Position numbers and translations under genes: made by a program
Assembly (NCBI GenBank): GCA_036505055.1
Contig: DASXUE010000052.1
Span: 1,239 to 65,238 of the forward strand
DNA length: 64,000 nt
Direction: 5' to 3'
From: Gemmatimonadales bacterium
GTDB lineage: Bacteria > Gemmatimonadota > Gemmatimonadetes > Gemmatimonadales > GWC2-71-9
The notes under the pieces: generated by a model
What the model saw: only the letters and a program-made list of their open reading frames with translations
Databases searched by the model: none
What the model was told of the DNA's origin: nothing
In this document: one piece after another, positions 18,659 to 27,483 of the stretch
How positions within the stretch are numbered: the stretch's first letter is position 1
Layout: the number at the start of each line of letters is the position of its first letter

Positions 18659-21374
18659 GTTCGTCCTCCTCACAGGTGCCGCTTCCGCCGCGGTGTGGCG
18701 GCCCTCGCTCCTCGCCGCGTCTCCGCTGGAGGCGCGCCGCCTCGGAGGGCTGCGATTCGATCTCGACGAGCAGCGCCGATGGTCGCTCTGGTACCATGGC
18801 GACGGCCAGCCCGTTCCGCTGCTCCGAAACGCCGTTCTCGGCGTCTGGCTGGGCGACGTGCTGGTCACCCTCGCGGACCTGGAAGATATCAGTGTGGCGA
18901 ATCGGCGCCCGCCGGGTGGCGAATCCCTGGCGATCCGGGGGCGCGCCCCCGCCCCGGCGGGCGTCTGGATCGAAGCGGAGTTCACTGCCTGGGAGGGGGG
19001 CCCTGCGGCACAGGGCAGCGTCGCCGTCAGCGTGTTTCCCGACCGGCTCCTCGCCACCATTCGCGGCGTCCGGTTTTTCCAGGCTCCCGAGCCCCAGGTG
19101 CTCGCCGGCGGCGGCTCCCTGCTGGCGCTCGTCAACGGCTACCAGTCCGGGGACGGTTGCCGGGTCGAAGCGGTCGGGGCGGGACCCGCCGAGTCCGTCA
19201 GCCACGCCGCGCTGGGCCTGACCCGCGAGGGGCGCGGCCTCGCGCTGGCGTTCGACCCTGGGGAGCCGGGAGAGGCGAAGGTCAAGCTCTCGAGCGGCGG
19301 GCTCGAGGGCGTGAGCGACTGGTTGCCGGCGCGGCCGGTGCGCCCCGAGGGCGACGGCTCGACGATGCGGCTTGCTTACCTGCCGCGGGGTGACGGATTG
19401 GCGGCCCTCGCCGCGCTGGCCACACCGTCGTCGGCGGTGGATCGCGAGCGGCTCGCCGCACTCGTGACCCCTACGGGGTGGTGCTCCTGGTACGAGCTGT
19501 TTGGAAACGTGACCGAAGCTGACGTGATCGCGAACCTCGATTTCTGCTCGGGGCACTTCGACCGCCGCTTCTTCCGCTACATCCAGCTTGACGACGGCTA
19601 CCAGCGAGCCGCGGGCGACTGGGACACCAACCCCAAGTTCCCGCACGGACACCGCTGGCTCACCGATCGCATCCATGCGCAGGGATTCCTCGCGGGCTTG
19701 TGGGTCGCCCCTTTCGCCGTGGCGGAGCGCTCTGGGGTCCCCACCGCGCACCCCGACTGGCTGCTCAAGGGCGGGGACGGTGCGGCCCTCGTTCAAGACA
19801 CGCGGGACGACTGGGGCGGCCGCCTCTACTCCCTGGACGGAGCACATCCCGGCGTCCAGCAGTGGCTCTATGATCTGGCCCGCCAGGTCGTCCGCGACTG
19901 GGGCTACGACTATCTGAAGATCGATGTTCTCCACTGGGCGACGACGGGGGCGTCGCATTACGGAGGCTTCACACACGCGGAGGCCTACCGCCGGGGGCTC
20001 TCGGCGTTACGCGACGGGCTGGGGACCGAAGCCTTCCTCCTCGCCTGTGACGCCCCGCTGCAGCACGCCGCCGGTCTCGTGAACGGGATGCGCATCGGCC
20101 CCGACGTTGGCGCCTCCTGGGGAGGGATTCAGGGACCCGCGCGGGCCGCGGCGCTGCGGAGCTTCGAGCATCGGGCCCTCTGGCTCAACGATCCCGACTG
20201 TCTCGTCGTCCGCCCGCCCCTCACGCTGGACGAGGCCCGCGTGTGGGCAGCGGTGCTCACGGCGTCAGGAGGGATGAACCTGCTCTCCGACAACCTCCCT
20301 AAACTCCCGGCAGATCGCCTGCCGCTGATCCAGAAGACGTTGCCCGCCCTCGCCGTGGCCGGCCGTCCGATCGGCACGCAGGTGGAGGAGCACGAGGTCG
20401 CACCAGCCCTCGACGTCGGGGAGGGCGGCATCGTCCGCTTGCGCGGGCCCTGGCGCTTCCGGACCGGGGACGACGAGCGGTACGCCGCTCGCGACTACGA
20501 CGACGACGCGTGGGAAACCCTGCCCGTGCCCCAGGTTTGGGAGCGGGCGGGGCACGCCGACTACGACGGACCGGCCTGGTATCGCACCCGCTTCTCCCTT
20601 CCCACCGCTCTGCCGGCGGCGGGAGGGCCCGCCGCCGTGTTGGAGCTCGGTAAGGTCGACGACGACGACGAGACGTTCGTGAACGGCGTCAAGATGGGCG
20701 CGAGCCGCGGCTGGCGCGCGTACCGCCGCTATGCCGTCCCGCGCACCGCGCTCAACTGGGGCGGGGAGAATGTGCTGGCGATTCGGGTGCAGGACCACGG
20801 CGGCGCGGGCGGATTCTGGAACGTCCGCCGCGATCGGCCGGCCGGCACGTGGGTGGTCGAGGGAGCACCGCGCTGGTGGACCGTGGTCCTCGTGAACTGG
20901 GACGACGAGCCGCAGACCGCCTCCGTGGCCCCCGCGGCGCTCGGCATCGCGGCACCTCGCCTCGCAGCCTACGACGTCTGGGCCGACCGTCCTCTCCCCG
21001 ACGTGCAGCAAGCGTTATCGGCCACGCTGGCGCCGCACACGACGCTCACCGTGGCGCTACGACCCGCGGCGAGCCACCCGCAGGTGATCGGGACGACGCG
21101 TCACGTCATCCAGGGCGCCATCGACCTCGCCGACGAGCACTGGGAGGCTCCGACACGGACGCTGAGCGCGAAGGCGGTGAACCTGGATGGCCGCGCGTAC
21201 GCGGTGACCGTGGCGGTGCCGAGGGGGGCGGGGCTGCGACCGGGCGTGTGCAAGGCCGACACGCCATGCACGGTCCGGAGGCTACCGACGGGACATGCGG
21301 TGATTGAGTGGCCGGCAGGGACTGTGAAGGATATCAGCTGGAGTTTGACCTTCCGGTTGCCTGCCAGGAGATAG
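18645..21374 (+). CDS. Alpha-galactosidase (GH36/clan GH-D-like) with Tat-type signal and C-terminal galactose-binding-like domain
   Basis: ATG at 18645 gives MNRRTFVLLTGAASA (twin-Arg motif). GWCSWY, IQLDDGYQ, YDYLKIDV, WLNDPDC blocks. C-terminal GH2-sugar-binding-like segment (PVPQVWE..GPAWYRTRF..ETFVNG). Confidence 0.8.
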   Translation: MNRRTFVLLTGAASAAVWRPSLLAASPLEARRLGGLRFDLDEQRRWSLWYHGDGQPVPLLRNAVLGVWLGDVLVTLADLEDISVANRRPPGGESLAIRGRAPAPAGVWIEAEFTAWEGGPAAQGSVAVSVFPDRLLATIRGVRFFQAPEPQVLAGGGSLLALVNGYQSGDGCRVEAVGAGPAESVSHAALGLTREGRGLALAFDPGEPGEAKVKLSSGGLEGVSDWLPARPVRPEGDGSTMRLAYLPRGDGLAALAALATPSSAVDRERLAALVTPTGWCSWYELFGNVTEADVIANLDFCSGHFDRRFFRYIQLDDGYQRAAGDWDTNPKFPHGHRWLTDRIHAQGFLAGLWVAPFAVAERSGVPTAHPDWLLKGGDGAALVQDTRDDWGGRLYSLDGAHPGVQQWLYDLARQVVRDWGYDYLKIDVLHWATTGASHYGGFTHAEAYRRGLSALRDGLGTEAFLLACDAPLQHAAGLVNGMRIGPDVGASWGGIQGPARAAALRSFEHRALWLNDPDCLVVRPPLTLDEARVWAAVLTASGGMNLLSDNLPKLPADRLPLIQKTLPALAVAGRPIGTQVEEHEVAPALDVGEGGIVRLRGPWRFRTGDDERYAARDYDDDAWETLPVPQVWERAGHADYDGPAWYRTRFSLPTALPAAGGPAAVLELGKVDDDDETFVNGVKMGASRGWRAYRRYAVPRTALNWGGENVLAIRVQDHGGAGGFWNVRRDRPAGTWVVEGAPRWWTVVLVNWDDEPQTASVAPAALGIAAPRLAAYDVWADRPLPDVQQALSATLAPHTTLTVALRPAASHPQVIGTTRHVIQGAIDLADEHWEAPTRTLSAKAVNLDGRAYAVTVAVPRGAGLRPGVCKADTPCTVRRLPTGHAVIEWPAGTVKDISWSLTFRLPARR

Positions 21375-22152
21375 CCGACAGGAAGTACCGTTGCGCCACG
21401 AAGAACACGGCCAGGAGCGGAAGAATCGCTGTCACGGCCGCCGCCATCTGATACGGCCAATTCGTGGCGTAGCCTCCGTGGAAGGTCGCGAGGCCAACTT
21501 CCACGACCTGCATTTCGACCGAGCGCGTCACGACGAGCGGCCAGAGGAAGCTCCTCCACTGATCCACGAAGGCGAGGACGGCGAGCATCGCGAGTGCCGG
21601 CTTGGACAAGGGGAGCACGACGCGCCAGAAGATCGTCCACTCGCCCGCCCCATCGAGCCGCGCGGCATCCTCCAGCTCCCGCGGCAGGGTGAGGAAGAAC
21701 TGGCGCAGCAGGAAGATGCCCCACACCGAGACCAGCTCGGTTGAGATCAGTCCCGCGTAGCTGTCCACCCACCCGAAGGCGTTGACGATGAGGAACCGCG
21801 GGACCAGCAGCGCAACGGCGGGGACCATCAGCACGCCGAGGAATCCGAGAAACACCCGGTCGCGCCCCGGGAACCGGAGCCTGGCGAACGCATACGCTGC
21901 CGCCGCGCTGGTCGCCACCTGCCCCACCACCACGCACGCCGACACAATCGCGCCGTTCAAGAAGAAGCGTCCGAACGGCAGCGCCGTGAGGGCGGCGCCG
22001 TAGTTGCCCCAGCGGGGGCTGGCCGGCAGGAGCGGCGGGGGCCACTGAAAGACCTCGAAGTCGGCCATCAGCGACGTGGAGACCATATAAAGGAAGGGCG
22101 CGACCATGGCGACCGCCAGGAGACCCACCAGCCATCGCCCGGCGTTACGCAT
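21334..22152 (-). CDS. Carbohydrate ABC transporter permease (MalG/UgpE-like)
   Basis: ATG at 22152. EAA loop EDAARLDGAGEWTIFWRVVLPLSKPAL. 8-bp overlap with the upstream permease stop. Confidence 0.85.
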   Translation of the reverse strand: MRNAGRWLVGLLAVAMVAPFLYMVSTSLMADFEVFQWPPPLLPASPRWGNYGAALTALPFGRFFLNGAIVSACVVVGQVATSAAAAYAFARLRFPGRDRVFLGFLGVLMVPAVALLVPRFLIVNAFGWVDSYAGLISTELVSVWGIFLLRQFFLTLPRELEDAARLDGAGEWTIFWRVVLPLSKPALAMLAVLAFVDQWRSFLWPLVVTRSVEMQVVEVGLATFHGGYATNWPYQMAAAVTAILPLLAVFFVAQRYFLSAISWQATGRSNSS

Positions 22153-24067
22153 ACTCCACCCGCTCGGCGAGGAGCCGGAACTGCGCCCAGGTGGCGGCGC
22201 ACAGCACGAGGAACACGAGCAGCGACAGGGCGCTGGCGTACCCGAACTGTGAGAACTGCCAGGCCGACTGGTACACACGGTACGCGACCACATCGGTCGC
22301 GTGCAGCGGACCGCCGCTCGTGAGGACGTACACGTAGCCGAACACCTGAAACGCGCCGATCACGCCCGTCACCAGCACGAACACCGTCACCGGGCGCAGC
22401 AACGGGAAGGTCACCCGCCAGAAGCGCTGCCATGCATTGGCCCCGTCCACCCGCGCCGCATCGAGGTAAGCGCGGGGAATCCCCTGGAGCCCGGCGCGAA
22501 ACACCACCATCTGGTATCCGACGTGCACCCAGATCGAGAGCAGCATCACGGCGAGCAACGCCGTCCGAGGACGGCCGAGCCAATCGAACGGGCCGGCGCC
22601 GACGAACGAGAGGAGACGGTTGACCAACCCAACGTCGGCGTGATACAACCACTGCCACAGGAGCCCTACTGCCACCACCGAGGAAACGTACGGCAGGAGG
22701 AACGCGGTCCGCGCGAGACGCATGGCGCGGCCGTGCCCGTCGAGGGCGAGCGCGACGAGCAGCGCGACCGCCATCGAAACCGGCACGTACAATGTGTACA
22801 GCACCGTGTTGCGCAGCGACACCCAGACGAGCGGATCGCGCAGCACCGCGCCGAAGTTCGCGAGACCGACAAACGGCCGGACCGGCTCGGCGGGTACCCA
22901 ACGGTGCACGGACAGATAGAGCGCGAACAGAATCGGCCCCAACGAAAAGAGCGCCAGGTGCAGCCCCGCCGGCGCCACGAAGGCCCACGCCGCGGCGGTT
23001 TCGCGCAGCTCCCGCGGCCGCGCCGTCATACGCTCCGCCCACCCCAGCCCCAGCGCGGCGAGCGGCCCCGTCAGCGCGAGCCCCAACAACGCGAGCAACC
23101 ATCCGCCCGTGTACGCCTCGGCGGGCACCGTGCGCACCTCGACCCACCGCCCGCTGCCGAGCCGGGCCGTGGCGGCGGCGCGCGGCACGCCGGCGAACCG
23201 GAAGCGACGCGGCGCGACGGTTCCGCTGTCGGCCGGCACCAGCTCGCCCGCCCCCCGTACGAGACTGGCCAGATCGGCGATCGTCACGCGCGCCCGCGGC
23301 GTCGGCAGCCGGGTCGCCGCCTCCCGGAGCAGGAGCCTGGTGCCGGTCAGCCAGTCATCCGTGCTCCGGCGCGCGGCGCCGCGCACGTCGGCGTAAGCGG
23401 CGAGCCCGAGCAGCAGCCCCGCCGCGACCAGCGCGCGCGGCGGCGCGCGCTGCCATGCCACCGCACCCACCGCGGCGAGGGTGAGGAGCGCTGCGGGGAG
23501 CGCCCACCGCAGCAGCAGATCCCACACGCCGCGCCCGGGCGGCAGGCCCACTTCGACCGCGCCCACGACTCGCAGACCGCGCCGGTCCTTCAGCGGCACC
23601 AACGCCGCGCCGTTCCGCCACCGTGGGGGTTCCTGGCGCCGTAGCCGGGCCAATTCCGCGGCCGGGAGCGGCGGCGCGGTCGCATCCACGAGCGGCGCAG
23701 TGCCATGGTACACCTCCACGGGCGCGGTCCAGCCTGGGAGCGTAGTGAGCGCACGGGCTTGCACGAGCAGCTGCACGACGTCGTAGTCGGTCGTGTCGGG
23801 CGCCGCAACGGACGGCGGGGGAAGCGGCGCGGGGGCGGGACGCCGCGTGCGGGACGGGCGCGTTCTGGGACGACGCGGCGTGGGAGGTGGGGTTGGGGGA
23901 CGCGGTGGCGGAATCACCAGCTCGAGGTATGCCGCGGTCGTGACCGCGGTGCGGAAGGCCGCGGCGCGCGCGAACCTCCCCTCCGCCCAGAGGGCGACGG
24001 CGAGGGTGGCGACCACGCCGGCCGCCGCGGCCGCCATCGCGGCAATTCGCCAGGCTCGGCTGGTCAC
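22145..24067 (-). CDS. Carbohydrate ABC transporter permease (MalF/UgpA-like) with 346-aa N-terminal membrane/Pro-rich extension
   Basis: C-terminal 294 aa form a complete permease (EAA loop LDAARVDGANAWQRFWRVTFPLLRP) and could start at the in-frame ATG at 23029. The extension frame keeps G/C in third codon positions and begins with a GTG 11 nt after the ATPase stop. Confidence 0.75.
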   Translation of the reverse strand: MTSRAWRIAAMAAAAAGVVATLAVALWAEGRFARAAAFRTAVTTAAYLELVIPPPRPPTPPPTPRRPRTRPSRTRRPAPAPLPPPSVAAPDTTDYDVVQLLVQARALTTLPGWTAPVEVYHGTAPLVDATAPPLPAAELARLRRQEPPRWRNGAALVPLKDRRGLRVVGAVEVGLPPGRGVWDLLLRWALPAALLTLAAVGAVAWQRAPPRALVAAGLLLGLAAYADVRGAARRSTDDWLTGTRLLLREAATRLPTPRARVTIADLASLVRGAGELVPADSGTVAPRRFRFAGVPRAAATARLGSGRWVEVRTVPAEAYTGGWLLALLGLALTGPLAALGLGWAERMTARPRELRETAAAWAFVAPAGLHLALFSLGPILFALYLSVHRWVPAEPVRPFVGLANFGAVLRDPLVWVSLRNTVLYTLYVPVSMAVALLVALALDGHGRAMRLARTAFLLPYVSSVVAVGLLWQWLYHADVGLVNRLLSFVGAGPFDWLGRPRTALLAVMLLSIWVHVGYQMVVFRAGLQGIPRAYLDAARVDGANAWQRFWRVTFPLLRPVTVFVLVTGVIGAFQVFGYVYVLTSGGPLHATDVVAYRVYQSAWQFSQFGYASALSLLVFLVLCAATWAQFRLLAERVEYA

Positions 24068-24077
24068 GGAACCCGCG

Positions 24078-25148
24078 TCACGCGATGCGCACGCCGGCGG
24101 CGTCGAACAAGTGGGTGCGCCGCCGGTCCAGCCGCACGCCGACCCGCGTGCCTACCTGCACGTCGACGATCCCCGGGAGCCGCGCGACGAGCCCCTGCCC
24201 GCCTGCATTCAGGTGTACGAGCGTTTCGCTGCCGAGGGGCTCGACGACCAAAACATCCGCGTTGCCCACCCCCTGGTCCACACCGCTGAGTCCCACGTGC
24301 TCCGGGCGGATCCCGAGCTGCAGCTCACCTTCGTAGGTCGAGAGCTCGATGGGCACGCTGAGAGTGCCCACCTCGACCACCCGTCCGCCGTCGGCCAACC
24401 CCCGGACCCGCCCCTGGAGCACGTTCATGCCGGGGCTGCCCACGAAGCGCGCCGCGAAGGCGTCCGCGGGGCGCTCGTAGACGTCTGCCGGCGTGCCGAC
24501 CTGCCGGAGGCGGCCCAGGTGGAGGATCGCGATACGCTGGCCCATCGTCATCGCCTCCACCTGGTCGTGCGTGACGTAGATCATGGTCGCGCGCAACGCG
24601 CGATGCAGCGCCAGCAGCTCGGCGCGCAGTGCGATGCGCAGGTTGGGATCGAGATTCGAGAGGGGCTCGTCAAACAGGAACACGTGCGGCGCGCGGACGA
24701 TCGCCCGCGCCAGCGCGACGCGCTGGCGCTGGCCCCCCGAGAGCTGGGCCGGCCGCCGGTCGAGCAGCTCGCCGAGGCCAAGGCGCACGGCCGTTTCGGC
24801 GACGCGGCGCGTGACGTCCCCCGGCGGCACGCCACGCACCTCGAGTGCGAAGGCAATGTTCTCGCGGACGCTGAGGTGCGGATACAGGGCGTAGTTCTGG
24901 AATACCATCGCCACGTCGCGCTCGGCGGGGGGCAGGTGGGTCACGACGCGGTCGCCGATCAAGACCTCGCCCGCCGTCGGCTCTTCCAGCCCGGCGATGC
25001 AGCGCAGCGCCGTCGTCTTGCCGCAGCCCGAGGGGCCCAGCAGGACGAGGAACTCCCCGTCACGCACTTCGAGGGACAGCTCGTGCACCGCCGCCTGCGC
25101 GGTGCCGTCGAACACCTTGGTCAGCCCGCGAAGCGTGACGGACGCCAT
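24078..25148 (-). CDS. Sugar ABC transporter ATP-binding protein (MalK/UgpC-like)
   Basis: Walker A GPSGCGKTT, signature LSGGQRQRVALARA, Walker B FLFDEPLS, C-terminal regulatory/TOBE-like domain. Confidence 0.9.
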   Translation of the reverse strand: MASVTLRGLTKVFDGTAQAAVHELSLEVRDGEFLVLLGPSGCGKTTALRCIAGLEEPTAGEVLIGDRVVTHLPPAERDVAMVFQNYALYPHLSVRENIAFALEVRGVPPGDVTRRVAETAVRLGLGELLDRRPAQLSGGQRQRVALARAIVRAPHVFLFDEPLSNLDPNLRIALRAELLALHRALRATMIYVTHDQVEAMTMGQRIAILHLGRLRQVGTPADVYERPADAFAARFVGSPGMNVLQGRVRGLADGGRVVEVGTLSVPIELSTYEGELQLGIRPEHVGLSGVDQGVGNADVLVVEPLGSETLVHLNAGGQGLVARLPGIVDVQVGTRVGVRLDRRRTHLFDAAGVRIA

Positions 25149-25163
25149 ACCGGCGACGCTACG

Positions 25164-25841
25164 TCACCCGGGCAGCACCCACCGGACCAGAGCGTACACC
25201 ACCGCCCACACTACAAACCCGGTCGTAATGACGCCCGGAATCTTCTCGATCGGCTTGGTGGTGGGGCCGCTCGTCGCCAGGAGCGCATTGGCCTCGATGA
25301 GCCCGGCGACGACGAGCACGCCGATCCAGTACCCCATCGTGTTCGTCACCTGCGACGGAGGCATGTGCGTCGCGGCGCCCATGAAAAACAGCATCGGGAT
25401 CGAGAACACGACGTTGGTGCGGGAGGCGAGGAACGCCCGGCGCCCGGCGGCTGCGGCCGCGGGAATCGCCTGGCCCCCCGTCGCGGCCGCCACCGCCGAT
25501 CCGATGACGACCTTCTGCTTGGGCCAGATCACCAGCCAGACGTTCAGGAACATCAGCGTGCCGAACAGCGCCCCCGTCAAGATCGCCACGCCCCAGGGGC
25601 TCGCCGCTACACCGGGACCCATGCGGCTTCCGATGATCGCGGCGCCCGACAGGAAGGTCAGCATCGCGCCCCAGCGGAACCACCACAGCGCCCGCGGGAC
25701 GAGCTTCTGCGTCGCGGCGCTCTTCGTGGCCGCGTCCGCCTCGGCGAAGAACGGGCCCTGTACGAAGTTGAAATAGTAGAGCAGTCCGATCCACGTGATG
25801 CCCGCCAGGAAGTGCAGCCAACGCAGGAGCAGCTCTGTCAT
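25164..25841 (-). CDS. Integral membrane protein, PuuD N-terminal-domain-like (function unknown)
   Basis: 225 aa. GGAGG 4 nt upstream of the [24 protein letters not shown] block and about 5 TM segments. The family assignment is tentative. Confidence 0.7.
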   Translation of the reverse strand: MTELLLRWLHFLAGITWIGLLYYFNFVQGPFFAEADAATKSAATQKLVPRALWWFRWGAMLTFLSGAAIIGSRMGPGVAASPWGVAILTGALFGTLMFLNVWLVIWPKQKVVIGSAVAAATGGQAIPAAAAAGRRAFLASRTNVVFSIPMLFFMGAATHMPPSQVTNTMGYWIGVLVVAGLIEANALLATSGPTTKPIEKIPGVITTGFVVWAVVYALVRWVLPG

Positions 25842-25974
25842 CGAGCCTCCAGATGTGGGGAGTCGCGCGTTCCGCGCTGCAAGATACCGTGAGGCTCGGG
25901 GCCTGCAAGGCGGGAACCCGGCGGGAGCGCCGCTGGTTCAACACGGTGAACGTCTATCGCTGGAGTGCACACCA

Positions 25975-26643
<669 letters not shown>

Positions 26644-26703
26644 ACGCCAGGACGCGAAGACGCCAAGTGGTCGTCAGCCTACGGCGGCGGCGTGAGGCGC
26701 GTT

Positions 26704-26961
26704 TCAGTCGTCGAGCGGTACGGCGGTCACGCTGGCTCCCCCTGCGTCGTCGTAGGTGACCGTCACGCGCCAGGGCCGGCAGCACACCTGGCAGTCTTCC
26801 TCGTATTCCTGGAAGGCGCCGCCCCCGGCATCGAGCGCGATTTCGTTCACTTCACCGCAATACGGGCACACCACCGCCGCTTCCGTCTCCGGTGCGGGGT
26901 CGCCGAGCGGAAACTCCTCGTCGAGCGGATCGTCCCCGAAATCGACCACGCCTATCTCCAC
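26704..26961 (-). CDS. CPXCG motif-containing cysteine-rich protein
   Basis: VVCPYCGE..EDCQVCCRPW core. Start is ambiguous (GTG at 26961 or GTG at 26949). The rest of track ORF 26704..27057 overlaps the DinB gene. Confidence 0.7.
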   Translation of the reverse strand: MEIGVVDFGDDPLDEEFPLGDPAPETEAAVVCPYCGEVNEIALDAGGGAFQEYEEDCQVCCRPWRVTVTYDDAGGASVTAVPLDD

Positions 26962-27479
26962 CCCATCCGCTCGCGCAGCGTCGTCACGTGCGCCGTGTGG
27001 TGCCGGCCGTGCCACGCGTACAGCGCCAGCATGGCATCGAGCCTCGGCGTGCCCCATTCCGGGTGTTTGATGGTACGGGCGAACTGCTCCGGCGTCATCG
27101 CCCGAAGCAGCGCCACCCAGCGAGCGTGGAGCGCGTCAAGCAGCGCGAGCGACACCTCGACCGGCGTCGCGGCTACCTCGGGCGTCCGCGCCCAGTCTTT
27201 TTCCTCGTACGTCTTGATGGCCGGCGCGTCCTCCGTGAGCCCGAACTTGAAGCGCAGGTAGGCGTTCATGTGGCTGTCCGGCACGTGATGCGCCACCTGC
27301 CGCACGGTCCAGCCGCCGTCGCGGTAGGGCGTGTCCAGCTGGGCGGGCGTCAGACCCGTGACGGCACGCCGAAACTCTCCGGGTGCCGCGGCGACCTGTT
27401 CGATGCAGGTCGCCCGCTGCGGCGGCGTCAGACTCTGCACCGGCGTGAACGTGCCGATGGGGTATCGGAGATCAGTCAT
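26952..27479 (-). CDS. DinB/YfiT-family metal-dependent hydrolase/thiol transferase-like protein
   Basis: 175 aa. PIGTF N-terminus, VAHHVPDSHMNAY, WHGRHHTAH His triad typical of YfiT. Confidence 0.85.
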   Translation of the reverse strand: MTDLRYPIGTFTPVQSLTPPQRATCIEQVAAAPGEFRRAVTGLTPAQLDTPYRDGGWTVRQVAHHVPDSHMNAYLRFKFGLTEDAPAIKTYEEKDWARTPEVAATPVEVSLALLDALHARWVALLRAMTPEQFARTIKHPEWGTPRLDAMLALYAWHGRHHTAHVTTLRERMGWR

Positions 27480-27483
27480 GACG

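Noticed and set aside
18066-19976. N-terminal 636 codons of the 1155-aa minus-strand ORF 16509..19976
   Set aside because: Only the C-terminal 519 aa (from the ATG at 18065) look like a protein (GAF/PAS/HisKA/HATPase). The upstream part overlaps the beta-barrel-like gene and the alpha-galactosidase gene and is low-complexity Arg/Gly/Ala/Pro.
25936-25951. GTTCAACACGGTGAAC upstream of sodA as a third member of the CRP-like motif family
   Set aside because: The half-sites are in everted order (GTTCA..TGAAC rather than TGTGA..TCACA) and only 12 of 16 positions are symmetric. It is too weak to group with the two good sites.
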